IMG/VR virus record: IMGVR_UViG_3300030419_004471
Span: 124,001-188,000 of that record
DNA: 64,000 nt
Reading direction: 5' to 3' (one strand)
Each line of letters starts with the position of its first letter. Positions within the stretch are counted from its first letter, which is position 1. This document shows positions 18,556-28,466 of this stretch, piece by piece. The notes under the pieces are model-generated. The model was not told the origin of the DNA, did no database searches, and saw nothing but the letters and a program-made list of their open reading frames with translations. The position numbers and the translations under genes are program-made.

Positions 18556-19922
18556 TACTTATAATTTTCTAAATAGTATTTTAAATCTTCAGGTGTTCCC
18601 AGTCCCCACATCTTATCAATATTAAATGTACGAATTTCTTTTCCATCGCCTATTGCTTGATTGAAAACAGGACAAACATAAAACTCATTGTTCACTCTGA
18701 TATCCTTTTCAATCATATCCTCTGCATAGTTTACAAAATCAGAACCTTTCTTCCAATAGTAAAAACCAACAGTTGCTATATCTGATATAGGATTTTTCTC
18801 AGCTACCTCAGTTACTAATCCCTCATCATTAACTTTAGCGAAACTCCATTTAGGATGGGTTGCTTTGAAAGATACGATACCACCATCAGCTTCAGTTTCA
18901 TTCATTTTATATAAAAACTCATTTGAATCCCATTCTACGAATTGGTCTGAGTTAGCAAAAAATAATGGATTATCTGAATTGATGTATTCTTTGGCTAATA
19001 GTGCAGTACAAGCTGCTCCTTCGGTTATTCCATCTACTTCTACTATTTTACAACCTGGTGTTATTAGATTCAATAAAGTATCTAAGTTATATTTTTCTCT
19101 ATGTTCTTTTTGTACAACATAAACATAATTTGCTTTTATATTTAGATTTTCAACTACCACTTGAATCATAGGTTTTCCTTTTACATCTATTAATGGTTTA
19201 GGAAATGTATATCCAGCTTGTTGAAATCTACTTCCAGCTCCTGCCATTGGAATTAAAACTGTTAGGTTTTCATCTCTCCAAGCAGGTGTTGATTGTATCT
19301 CTCCCATATTGATTTGATTTAATTTGTTTTTAATATTTTGTAATGTAACTTCTTTTGTATTCTTAACTCTTAGTATATGTGATTTAGAACGAGCTGCTGC
19401 AAGTAATCCATAAGGTGAATCTTCTACTATTAATGTTTCTTCAGGTAAACAACTCATCATTGATATTGCTTTCCAATACATCTCTGGATGTGGTTTACCA
19501 TTTTTAACATCTTCGTTAGATATTATTAAATCCATATATTCCATAATACCCAATTTAGATAAAACTGTCAAGCAAGTTTTTCTAATTGAGTTTGAACATA
19601 CTGCAATCTTATATCCACATTCTACCAAATCACTCATCAATTCAATAAGAACATTATTAACTTCAAGTGTTTTAAGTTTTTCTAAAGTTAATCTTTGTTT
19701 GGTTTCCCAAACCTCAGAATGATTTTCTGTTGGTAATCCTTTCTTTTCGGATAACATATCTAATTTTTGAACTGTTTTCAATCCATCGTAAGTAGATAAA
19801 TGTTCATTCCAACTAATAGCATATTTTTTACCTAACGCTTCATTTAGTGCATTATAGTGAATGTTTTTAGCTTCAACTAAAACTCCATCCAAATCAAATA
19901 TAACTAATTTTATTTTACTCAT
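18555..19922 (-). CDS. HAD phosphatase fused to sugar-phosphate nucleotidyltransferase
   Basis: FDLDGVL/KPHP/VEDS followed by IPMAGAGSRF, PKPLI, LGTPEDL. Confidence 0.85.
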   Translation of the reverse strand: MSKIKLVIFDLDGVLVEAKNIHYNALNEALGKKYAISWNEHLSTYDGLKTVQKLDMLSEKKGLPTENHSEVWETKQRLTLEKLKTLEVNNVLIELMSDLVECGYKIAVCSNSIRKTCLTVLSKLGIMEYMDLIISNEDVKNGKPHPEMYWKAISMMSCLPEETLIVEDSPYGLLAAARSKSHILRVKNTKEVTLQNIKNKLNQINMGEIQSTPAWRDENLTVLIPMAGAGSRFQQAGYTFPKPLIDVKGKPMIQVVVENLNIKANYVYVVQKEHREKYNLDTLLNLITPGCKIVEVDGITEGAACTALLAKEYINSDNPLFFANSDQFVEWDSNEFLYKMNETEADGGIVSFKATHPKWSFAKVNDEGLVTEVAEKNPISDIATVGFYYWKKGSDFVNYAEDMIEKDIRVNNEFYVCPVFNQAIGDGKEIRTFNIDKMWGLGTPEDLKYYLENYK

Positions 19923-20224
19923 TTTTTAAGAATACCTAACAATTGATGTTCATTAAATAAAAGAAATTTATCATCTCCCATTTTGATTTCATCGCCTGCC
20001 ATATCTTTAGCATACATAACTTTATCACCAACTTTAACTGTCATTGGTATTCGTTCTCCTGTTTGTGAAAAAATACCAGTTCCAACTGATACTACTTCAC
20101 CATATACTTTTTGTCCTCTTGTTGCACTATCTGCTATGATAATACCGCTTTTTGTTTTCATTTCGCCAGAGTCTATCTTTACAAGTACTCTGTCTCCTAA
20201 TGGTCTAAATTTACCTTCTTCCAT
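19919..20224 (-). CDS. groES: co-chaperonin GroES
   Basis: RPLGDRVLV, TKSGII, VVSVGTG, VKVGDKV. Confidence 0.92.
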   Translation of the reverse strand: MEEGKFRPLGDRVLVKIDSGEMKTKSGIIIADSATRGQKVYGEVVSVGTGIFSQTGERIPMTVKVGDKVMYAKDMAGDEIKMGDDKFLLFNEHQLLGILKK

Positions 20225-20954
20225 GCTTACCTTCGTCTAAATGACAAAATAACCCTTCACCATGCGCTACTTTGTATGTTTGTTTTGCCCACCACTTTGA
20301 AATATTACCTTCTAATGCAATACCCTCACCAGCGAACTGTTTAACTGTTTCTAAATAAAAATCCTTTTTGTATAAACAAGGATTATTTGTCCAATTACCA
20401 TAACGAGAAGTGGTGATAAAATATTCACCATCTCTTTTTATATGTTCTGGAAACTTTTCAGCTGGGTTACACCAATGAACCGAATCCAATAAATGAGGTG
20501 ATGTACATTCAATCTCTTTATCGTAATAGTCTAATTCTCTTCCTTGATATTGGAATGAGAAGTGTGGAAATCCCGGATTAGCTCTGTGTCTATATCTTAC
20601 ACAACTAAATCCATTATCTAATAATTTCACTCCACTTAACAATCTTGTTCTTGCGAGTTCTTTATCTTCTATTAATTTCCAATCATGCTCTAATACTAGA
20701 ACATTTTCTGTTTTAGCTTGTTCGGTAAGTTCTATAAATGCACTACCGATGCCAATGTTTTCTTTTTTTGCGATATATGGAATCCCAAAATGATTTGCTA
20801 TATCTTTATCTTGTTCTGAGAATTCTTGAAATAGGATACAAACATCATTAATCTGATGTAGAAATTCTTGATTGAAATATGTTTGTAGTGTGTTAACTAA
20901 AGTTTGTCCACTGTTCCATGCTAAAATTCCTATACTTATTGGGAGTTTTTCCAT
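20211..20954 (-). CDS. GT2-like glycosyltransferase
   Basis: ISIGILAWN, ENIG, LEHDW, TNNP. Confidence 0.65.
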   Translation of the reverse strand: MEKLPISIGILAWNSGQTLVNTLQTYFNQEFLHQINDVCILFQEFSEQDKDIANHFGIPYIAKKENIGIGSAFIELTEQAKTENVLVLEHDWKLIEDKELARTRLLSGVKLLDNGFSCVRYRHRANPGFPHFSFQYQGRELDYYDKEIECTSPHLLDSVHWCNPAEKFPEHIKRDGEYFITTSRYGNWTNNPCLYKKDFYLETVKQFAGEGIALEGNISKWWAKQTYKVAHGEGLFCHLDEGKHGRR

Positions 20955-21838
20955 TCTTCGTATTTATCAATTATAAAATCAACTCTTTGCTTTTGTGTAT
21001 GGTTATCTAATACTTTTCTATATCCATTCTCAGCTATTCTTTCTCTCTCTTTATTATCATCTGCATATTTGTTCATTTTGTTAATACAATCAACCATATC
21101 ATTATAGTAAACTATATCCTCACCATCAACAAATAGTTCATCTAATCTTTTTGATTTATTTAATCTATCAGTTAGTACCATTTTTTTACAAGCCATTCCT
21201 TCAAATATTCTACGAGTAATTTCACCCCATCTACTATGTTGAAGTACTATCATACCACTATTTAAAAATTGAGTATGTTCATCAGATTCCATTCCATTTT
21301 TATTACCAATACTTCCAGCTGAATGTGCAGTTATAGTATCTAAAAACTGAGAACCTCCCATACCTCTAGTTGTAACTGCTATAAATTGATTTTCAACTTC
21401 TTCTATTGGATATTGAACTCTTGTATCTGCAAAGTGTGTCCACCAATAAGCATTTCTTCCTCTTTTCTTATATTCTTCAGCTGATTCATAATCAGGTGAA
21501 AGAGTCATATGAAATCTTTCAGATTTTGGATAGTTGTTTTCAAAATTTTGTGGGTCATCTCCACTCTCTTGTACCCAAAATGCTGATGGTAGTTTTTCTT
21601 TATCTAATTCTGGTGAATCAAATCTACCCCAATCCATAAACAATACGATATTAGAATCATCTTCTTTACTTAACCAATCTTTAATATTATCATCAAAGTA
21701 TTGACCTGTTCTATTTGAACCTATGGAAACTATATTAACATCCCATCCTCTATCTTCAAACTCATAAGCTAATGATAATGGTGTTGACCACTTCTCACCA
21801 TCATATGCATATACAAATGTTATTTTAGATTGTTTCAT
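20936..21838 (-). CDS. GT-B glycosyltransferase (CgeB/Glyco_trans_1_2-like)
   Basis: DDP, RIFEGMAC, RERIAENG..V...HT. Confidence 0.78.
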   Translation of the reverse strand: MKQSKITFVYAYDGEKWSTPLSLAYEFEDRGWDVNIVSIGSNRTGQYFDDNIKDWLSKEDDSNIVLFMDWGRFDSPELDKEKLPSAFWVQESGDDPQNFENNYPKSERFHMTLSPDYESAEEYKKRGRNAYWWTHFADTRVQYPIEEVENQFIAVTTRGMGGSQFLDTITAHSAGSIGNKNGMESDEHTQFLNSGMIVLQHSRWGEITRRIFEGMACKKMVLTDRLNKSKRLDELFVDGEDIVYYNDMVDCINKMNKYADDNKERERIAENGYRKVLDNHTQKQRVDFIIDKYEEWKNSQ

Positions 21839-22448
21839 AAAATTCGTTTTGTTTTTCCTGTCTTTCAATTTTTTTGTGATGATATAAACAATATTCTTCT
21901 TGTGGAGGAAAGTTTGAAACAGTATCATAACCTGTAATTCTTTCGTGAACTTTATTCATCCACATTATTTCTGGTGTGTTTCTATAAACTCTAGTTTGAT
22001 AATCAGGGAAATTAACCCAACCTTTATCACTTACATTCCATCCCCATTTTTTAATATGTTCATCTGTTAATCCTTCAACAGTATTTATTCTTGGAATAAA
22101 AATAACATCAACTTCATTACCATCCAATATATCAGCTAATGAACTTGCTAAGTATTCATTTGGAATTTCATCTGCATCAATCTGAAAAATATAATCTTTG
22201 GTACAATGTGATTTTAAATTATTTTTAAATGATGCGAAATCTTTATTTAATGGAAATGCAATTACTTTGTATCCGTGCATCTTTTCCATTATTTTTAGAT
22301 ATTCCAATACTTCATCAGTAACCGATGATTCATCATACTGAACAACTACTTCATCATTTTCATTTGAGTGTAATTGTAAAAAGTTTAGAAGATTCGTTAT
22401 CTCTTCTAATTCATTACATACTGTTATTGCGTAACTAATCGTTTTCAC
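21825..22448 (-). CDS. GT2 glycosyltransferase
   Basis: ISYAITVCNE, IDADE, PDYQTR, VHE. Confidence 0.85.
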   Translation of the reverse strand: MKTISYAITVCNELEEITNLLNFLQLHSNENDEVVVQYDESSVTDEVLEYLKIMEKMHGYKVIAFPLNKDFASFKNNLKSHCTKDYIFQIDADEIPNEYLASSLADILDGNEVDVIFIPRINTVEGLTDEHIKKWGWNVSDKGWVNFPDYQTRVYRNTPEIMWMNKVHERITGYDTVSNFPPQEEYCLYHHKKIERQEKQNEFYETI

Positions 22449-22962
22449 TTCTATCTTGTTTTAATACGTCTTTAATTTCTGCTTTTGTATCTGTCTCTTC
22501 ATTAAATAATTTTACTAATGCATCATATTCAAAAACTACTTCACTAGCGTTTTGTATTTTATCTATAAAATATGTTCTATAGTTACCTAATCTATAGGAA
22601 TAGACAGCTCTATTATTTTTAATAAACCCATCAAATAATCTTTTACCTGGTGCATCAAATTTTTTCAATAAAGATGCCAAATCTTTATAATCTGGTGTTA
22701 TTGGGTTAGTTTTATCTCTTAGCTTTCTAAGCATTGATATTAAGGATGTTGGTAATACCTCATTAATTTTTATACAATGTAATTTCATCTTACCTCCATC
22801 AGAAACTCTACCAATTACAAAAACATATCTTGCATCAGGTCCTCTTTTAGTATCACCACCATAGTTAACAAGTCTGTAAATATTTCCTTGTTTTATCTGA
22901 GCTTTAGCTACTCTTCTTTCTGGTTTAAGAAACTCTAAATATTGATTTATATAATTTGGCAT
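22435..22962 (-). CDS. hypothetical phage protein (weak resemblance to T4 gp2 end protector)
   Basis: GNIYRLVNY...YRTY pattern; function tentative. Confidence 0.4.
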   Translation of the reverse strand: MPNYINQYLEFLKPERRVAKAQIKQGNIYRLVNYGGDTKRGPDARYVFVIGRVSDGGKMKLHCIKINEVLPTSLISMLRKLRDKTNPITPDYKDLASLLKKFDAPGKRLFDGFIKNNRAVYSYRLGNYRTYFIDKIQNASEVVFEYDALVKLFNEETDTKAEIKDVLKQDRSEND

Positions 22963-24224
22963 TATAACTTTTTAATTTCAGGTAATTTTAAACTTACAAA
23001 CTCTGGTAGTTTGATATATTTATCCATAATTTTTCCGAACTTCTCATGCATTGCTTTTAAAGAAAAGTTTTTCTTTGTATTATTAACTAATCCTTTTGAT
23101 TTATTTGAATAAGTTTTATAATCGTTAAATACTTTATCAATCATACCAGCCGCATAAGAGTAATTTAATTGATACCATTTTGCTTCTTTTAATAAGAACT
23201 TATCTGCAACACTTGGATGAATATTATCCAATGCTCCTTCTAAAAATACAGTGTTCTCTTCTGGTAAGAAATCTAAATGCCCACTCCATTTGGATACTAA
23301 GATAGGTTTTCCTGTTAGTGAGAATTCACATAATGGTCTCCCATATCCCTCACCTTTAGTAAAAGATATCATAGCTTTTACTTTTGGATGATGATACAAA
23401 GATGCCATTTCATCTTCATGCAAATCACCAAATAAAAGATATATTGGTGGACAGTTATCTCCGAATTGAGATTTTATTGATTTAATCTTAGCTGATATAT
23501 CTTCTCTATCAATAACTGAGAATCCAGCTGAAGATGTTTTTAATATTAATCCTGGTTGTTTATTTTTTGGAGTATTTTTAAAAACAGTACAGAATGTTTG
23601 AATCATCATACCAACATCCTTTCTATCTTTACCTAAATCTCCTTTTAACCAATGCCCAACAAAAAGATAATTCCAATCAGTTTCTATCCCTTCTAAAACA
23701 TCTTTTTCTGTTTTAGGATTTAAAAATGTTTCTAATTGAACTCCCTCATGCAAAACTTCTATAGGTGTAGTTACCTTATGTTGTTTTACAACTTTATTTG
23801 TTCTCTTATCTCTTTCATCATATATAGTATTTGCCAATGTAGCTTTAGAGAATTCTGTAGGTACTATAATCAAATCCATTCTATTACATCCATCAATCCA
23901 ATCTTTTGGTGCTAATGTTGATTCAATACCAGCCGTTATACCAATACTAAACTTAGCTCTTTTTTGGAATTCATTTGGTACTGTCATTTGAATATGAACC
24001 TCTGGTTGTTTATCTACTGGTCTTGCACAACTTTCTAATAATTTTTTACCAAAATCTGTTGTTGGATTTATTTGATTTTGTGGTGTAGTACCCCAACGAG
24101 TTGGAATAGTATGTACATCAAACTTATCATATTCAAAAATTGATTTCAAGATATCTCTTGAATGGTCACCATATCCACTTCTTGTTGCAACTGGCGCCTG
24201 ATATATTAATAATGGTTTACTCAT
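22962..24224 (-). CDS. GT4-like GT-B glycosyltransferase
   Basis: SGYG, RKD, KGEGYGRPLCE. Confidence 0.85.
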   Translation of the reverse strand: MSKPLLIYQAPVATRSGYGDHSRDILKSIFEYDKFDVHTIPTRWGTTPQNQINPTTDFGKKLLESCARPVDKQPEVHIQMTVPNEFQKRAKFSIGITAGIESTLAPKDWIDGCNRMDLIIVPTEFSKATLANTIYDERDKRTNKVVKQHKVTTPIEVLHEGVQLETFLNPKTEKDVLEGIETDWNYLFVGHWLKGDLGKDRKDVGMMIQTFCTVFKNTPKNKQPGLILKTSSAGFSVIDREDISAKIKSIKSQFGDNCPPIYLLFGDLHEDEMASLYHHPKVKAMISFTKGEGYGRPLCEFSLTGKPILVSKWSGHLDFLPEENTVFLEGALDNIHPSVADKFLLKEAKWYQLNYSYAAGMIDKVFNDYKTYSNKSKGLVNNTKKNFSLKAMHEKFGKIMDKYIKLPEFVSLKLPEIKKL

Positions 24225-24225
24225 C

Positions 24226-25617
24226 TTATTTTATTTTGTATAAATTATATCTCTTTTTAGGTTTCCAGTTCTTTATTGCTTTCTCAATACCATCTGCCAT
24301 ACATTTATTTTGGTTATCTACATTTAATCCTAAATCCCCTAAAAATGCTTCTCTTCCAGCTTTTCCAGCTTTTTTTCTACCTTCATCACCTTTATCATAC
24401 CAATATCTAATTGCTTGTGCAACTTCAGTTACATCAACTTTATCATCAATAATATAAGGTGTTGGAACTGAACCTGTCATTGTTTGTACTCTACTCCATA
24501 CGGGCTTTACCCATTCACCGTGAGTTACTTTATCTTCCCAATCTCTCCAATTATGAAGTGAACCAATTTTCTTATAATCTTCTGCAGTAAATAATTTACC
24601 ATCTGATTTCTTTCTAAATCCACATTGGTCTTGCAATCCACCAGTAATGTTTACTATAATTGGTGTTTCAGCCATTACTGATTCAGCGGTTGTTAATCCG
24701 AATCCTTCATTACCTGCTATATTGATTGTAACATCAGCTAAGTTGTATAGATAATTTAATTGTTGTGTATCTATTCTTGCTGTTGAAAATCTAACATCAT
24801 AATCAGGACAAATATTATCTTTTACTGCAAATAAATTTGTTCCATTTTGGTCGATAGGTTGTGTGTGCATCACTAAACAACACTTATCTCTATCTTCTTC
24901 AGGTAAACCATCTACAAATTGTTTGTATGCCCATATAACATCTGATGGTTGTTTTCTTTTAATATTTCTATTCATCCAAAATAAAACAAATTTATAATCT
25001 TTATCACCTAATATTTGTTTTTTGAAATCATCAGGAATATCATTTACTTCTTTAAAACTTTCAGAATTAATACCGTGTGGTACATAATCTACTTGCCAAT
25101 CTTCTAATGGTGTAATGGTTTCTGAATCTAATTTACCTAACCTACTTACTATACCATAAGTTTGTCTTGATATACATCCTAACCAATCACAACTTTCATA
25201 ATAATCTCTATTATATTTTGGGTCAGGTAAGTCATCCCATATATGATAAAATAATATTGGAATGTTTTCTCTAATCTCTGCTTCAATATCATATAACCAT
25301 CTCCAATATCTTGGGTCTGTAAAATGTAATATAGCATCTGGGTTATGTCTCATTATCAATTGCCTTAAAACATCTGGGTCTCCATACCCAGTCCAAGGAA
25401 TTATCTTTAATGATGCATCTTCAACGCCAGTTTGTTTTCTAACATCTGCACCCAAATCTATTTCTTTACCTTTATCAGGATGATTTACAGCTGCACCTAA
25501 CTGAACCCAATGGAATCTATCTAAAGTTCCCATAACAAATTCTTTAGATACTGTTGCTATACCTGATGTCATTCTTAAATCATCAGATAGTAATAGAATC
25601 TTCTTTTTTTCTGCCAT
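24226..25617 (-). CDS. GT4-like GT-B glycosyltransferase
   Basis: NRNIKRKQ, NEGFGLTTAES, TGGLQDQ. Confidence 0.85.
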   Translation of the reverse strand: MAEKKKILLLSDDLRMTSGIATVSKEFVMGTLDRFHWVQLGAAVNHPDKGKEIDLGADVRKQTGVEDASLKIIPWTGYGDPDVLRQLIMRHNPDAILHFTDPRYWRWLYDIEAEIRENIPILFYHIWDDLPDPKYNRDYYESCDWLGCISRQTYGIVSRLGKLDSETITPLEDWQVDYVPHGINSESFKEVNDIPDDFKKQILGDKDYKFVLFWMNRNIKRKQPSDVIWAYKQFVDGLPEEDRDKCCLVMHTQPIDQNGTNLFAVKDNICPDYDVRFSTARIDTQQLNYLYNLADVTINIAGNEGFGLTTAESVMAETPIIVNITGGLQDQCGFRKKSDGKLFTAEDYKKIGSLHNWRDWEDKVTHGEWVKPVWSRVQTMTGSVPTPYIIDDKVDVTEVAQAIRYWYDKGDEGRKKAGKAGREAFLGDLGLNVDNQNKCMADGIEKAIKNWKPKKRYNLYKIK

Positions 25618-25627
25618 TAATTGTTAT

Positions 25628-25768
25628 TTAAATTGTTCTGAATCTTCGTGATGAATTCCAATATACTCTTGGTGTATTACCTAAGTATTTTTTACGATAT
25701 ATTCTATCGTTGAAATCATTACGGATGGAATTTAATTGTGTATTACCGTTTTCTTGATTTTGTTTCAT
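25628..25768 (-). CDS. 46-aa hypothetical protein missing from the ORF track
   Basis: Hand-translated MKQNQENGNTQLNSIRNDFNDRIYRKKYLGNTPRVYWNSSRRFRTI; fills the gap exactly. Confidence 0.6.
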   Translation of the reverse strand: MKQNQENGNTQLNSIRNDFNDRIYRKKYLGNTPRVYWNSSRRFRTI

Positions 25769-25770
25769 TT

Positions 25771-25965
25771 TTAAAATTGCGAACCACTTACTTCTAATAA
25801 TGTGTATTCATTGATTTCTTCCCTAAAATCTTTATCTTCAACATATTTATCAACCGCTCTATTAACTAATTTTTGAAGTGTAATGTCCGAATCAAAAGAT
25901 AAACTTTTAAACTTGGAGTAAACATTTTTCAGAATCTTTACTGTTGTTAATTTTGTTTCTACCAT
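25771..25965 (-). CDS. small ribbon-helix-helix-like DNA-binding protein
   Basis: LTTVKI strand followed by two helices (TLQKLVNRAV). Confidence 0.55.
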   Translation of the reverse strand: MVETKLTTVKILKNVYSKFKSLSFDSDITLQKLVNRAVDKYVEDKDFREEINEYTLLEVSGSQF

Positions 25966-25985
25966 AATCTCTTTTATTTGTTATA

Positions 25986-26003
25986 TATAAGTATATATAA
26001 ATA
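25986..26003 (-). promoter_or_regulatory. tandem late motifs (TATTTATA and TACTTATA) heading the glycan island
   Basis: + strand tataagta 25986-25993 and tataaata 25996-26003. Confidence 0.55.
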
Positions 26004-26022
26004 TAAGAAAATTATAAAAACA

Positions 26023-26880
26023 TTAATTCCAAGCCGAACACAATCCTCTTTCTTTAAACTCACACCAATCACATAATCTAGTTTTGTTTGTAAAGTAATC
26101 TATATCCCTATGCTTACCCTCATCATCAAACACAGTTTCAATGAAATTCATAAACCCATTCCAAGCCTTATTAATGGATGGTTTTCCATTAGCTGGAATG
26201 TGAGATGATATACGAGGAATAGGAAAATCATAATTCTCATTTATTTTTCTTTTAAGAATCTGAAACTCTACGTGAACTTTATTTAGAGGTAAATTATACT
26301 TCTCTGCGTAAATCTTTTTGTACAATAAAATTTGTGCGTTTTTTATTGGGTCTCGCTTTTGGTATTTATTCCAACCTCTTGTTGATGTTTTTAAGTCTAT
26401 AATAGTAATTGAGTTATCATATAAATTCCTTATAACAACATCAATAAAACCAAGAAAATTTATATTTGGTTTTACTTTAGCGTTTAAGGGTAGCTCAATA
26501 GCTTCTAACTTTTGATTCTTTTTAGAATACCATTTAGCTAATTTTGTTTTAAAAAACTTTAGTATCTGCCTACCATCCCCAAAAAACTCTTCCAATTCAA
26601 TTTGAGTACAGGGTAATCTATCACCTTGCTTTTCTTTTTCTTTCTTAAACTCTTCAACCAATTTATCTTTTAGTAATAAATCCAAGTCTATTTCCATAGC
26701 TTGTTTCTTTGTTACATTGTACATCACATCCAAAAAATGTTGGATGGTTTCGTGCATAGCCGTACCAAAGATTGTGTGAATGTTACCAGAACTTTCACCT
26801 AATTTATCAATATAGTTTAGTTTGAATTGTTGTGGACATGAACTCCACATATTATATTGTGAGAAAGACACTCTAGCCAT
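26023..26880 (-). CDS. PD-(D/E)xK RecB/Cas4-like exonuclease
   Basis: SFSQ..CP, FGTAMH, E, GFID, IIDLKT, Q..LY, CDWC...C Fe-S staple. Confidence 0.85.
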   Translation of the reverse strand: MARVSFSQYNMWSSCPQQFKLNYIDKLGESSGNIHTIFGTAMHETIQHFLDVMYNVTKKQAMEIDLDLLLKDKLVEEFKKEKEKQGDRLPCTQIELEEFFGDGRQILKFFKTKLAKWYSKKNQKLEAIELPLNAKVKPNINFLGFIDVVIRNLYDNSITIIDLKTSTRGWNKYQKRDPIKNAQILLYKKIYAEKYNLPLNKVHVEFQILKRKINENYDFPIPRISSHIPANGKPSINKAWNGFMNFIETVFDDEGKHRDIDYFTNKTRLCDWCEFKERGLCSAWN

Positions 26881-26896
26881 ATACTAATTTGTTATA

Positions 26897-26928
26897 TAAA
26901 TATACAAAAAATTCCTGAGAAATCCAAA
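26897..26928 (-). promoter_or_regulatory. Bacteroidota-type early promoter
   Basis: TTTGGA...TGTATATTTA; shares aaaaattcctgagaaatccaaat with the 38006 copy. Confidence 0.7.
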
Positions 26929-26932
26929 TATT

Positions 26933-27736
26933 TTACCAAAAAGTTTTCTCTCTATCTGAATCAGGTTCGTATGTAGTATGATGTACCACATCTGTATTAT
27001 AATCACTAGCTGATTTTGGATAAGGTTTTGTTTCGTGTTTTAATCTTTTTACCAAATCTCTCTTCTCTTTTTTACTCTGAGGTAGAATCTGAATGTATCT
27101 ATGTTTTGGTGGTTCTTCTCTTCTCCAGAACTCTTTATAACCTTGCTTACCGATTTCTTTTCTAAGGTGTTCTAAGTTACCACTACCCCATAAATTAAAT
27201 ACACTTCTACTATGAATCCAATCATATGGGTCTTTACTTAATGAGATACCCCAATTAGGCATAAGAGCGATATCTGTTGATAATCCTTGATAAATCCAAT
27301 TGGTAGCTTGATATATTCCTCCTAAGTGTTCTTGTCCATTATCAGCATAAGATAATAAAACTTTTATATTTTTATCATTATCTTTAATCCATTTAAATGT
27401 TTTTGCCAATGCATTAGATTCTATATTTGAACCATACCCATCATCAACATATAATCTAGTCAACTCTAAGATGTTATCTTTAGATAATCCCTCACAAACA
27501 GAAGTTGCTGCTTTTGCTCCTACTGGAAATCCATATATTGCACATCCTATTAGTTTATCTTTATTACCAAATACATCTTCTTCATCTAACTTATAGTAAA
27601 TACCCAAAGCATATCTACACATAGTCCAAGCATGCGTATAATGCTTCTTTACTATAATATCCTTCGCTATGGATTTAGATATTTGTGCAACGTGCACTCT
27701 ACTAACATCACAATATTCTTTACCTTCTACTTTCAA
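26933..27736 (-). CDS. Mom-like GNAT DNA-modification protein
   Basis: HY, ILELTRL, NIES, LLSYAD...H.GGIYQATNW.YQG, KHRY. Confidence 0.8.
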   Translation of the reverse strand: MKVEGKEYCDVSRVHVAQISKSIAKDIIVKKHYTHAWTMCRYALGIYYKLDEEDVFGNKDKLIGCAIYGFPVGAKAATSVCEGLSKDNILELTRLYVDDGYGSNIESNALAKTFKWIKDNDKNIKVLLSYADNGQEHLGGIYQATNWIYQGLSTDIALMPNWGISLSKDPYDWIHSRSVFNLWGSGNLEHLRKEIGKQGYKEFWRREEPPKHRYIQILPQSKKEKRDLVKRLKHETKPYPKSASDYNTDVVHHTTYEPDSDREKTFW

Positions 27737-28466
27737 TTGGTTCTAATTTATGTATTTCTAATTCATCCGTATCATTATTCTTAGGATAAGTTTCTGATGG
27801 ATGTTTTAATGTTTTTAATATTTTCTTTCGTTCACCACCTTTACTCAGTATGTAAACGTATCTATGTTTTCTTGGTTCTTTACGAATCCAAAATGGTTTA
27901 TCAACTTTTTCTTGTATTTTCTTTGGGTCATTAGTTCCATAATATGGGAAGATAGTTCTACCATGCTGCCATTCACCATCTTCATTAAATTTAAAACTCC
28001 AACTATCATTGTATCTAAGTGAGTTACCCTGATAAATCCAATTGGTAGCTTGATAAATTGTACCAGCGTGTCCTTCTTTTGGGTCTGAATATGATATTAA
28101 TCCTTTAATTTGTGGTGCGTTTTCTCTTAACCATTTAAAACTCTGTCCTATAAACCAACTTTCTATATTCGAACCATAATCATCAAATATAAAAACTCTA
28201 ACTAACTCTAATACTTCTGTTCTATCTAATAAAGGTGATATTGATTGTCCACTTAATCTTCCGATTGGGTCTCCATAACATATTACACCTATAAGTTTTT
28301 CTGATGAATTAAAAAATTGATGTGAATCATCTTCGATATATAATCCTAATGAATAGGATACTTTTGTCCAAAGATGTGAATAATGATTTTTAACTATAAT
28401 ATCTTTAGCTACAGATTTGGAAATCTTTCTAATAGATAATTTTGATGTATCACAATATTGCTTCAT
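27720..28466 (-). CDS. Mom-like GNAT DNA-modification protein (paralog)
   Basis: NHYS, LELVR, NIES, ISYSD..GH.GTIYQATNW.YQG, KHRY. Confidence 0.8.
   Translation of the reverse strand: MKQYCDTSKLSIRKISKSVAKDIIVKNHYSHLWTKVSYSLGLYIEDDSHQFFNSSEKLIGVICYGDPIGRLSGQSISPLLDRTEVLELVRVFIFDDYGSNIESWFIGQSFKWLRENAPQIKGLISYSDPKEGHAGTIYQATNWIYQGNSLRYNDSWSFKFNEDGEWQHGRTIFPYYGTNDPKKIQEKVDKPFWIRKEPRKHRYVYILSKGGERKKILKTLKHPSETYPKNNDTDELEIHKLEPIESRR

Noticed and set aside
26023-26880. Cas4-like nuclease as evidence for CRISPR-Cas
   Set aside because: No repeat-spacer array or other cas gene seen; standalone Cas4/RecB-like nucleases are common in phages
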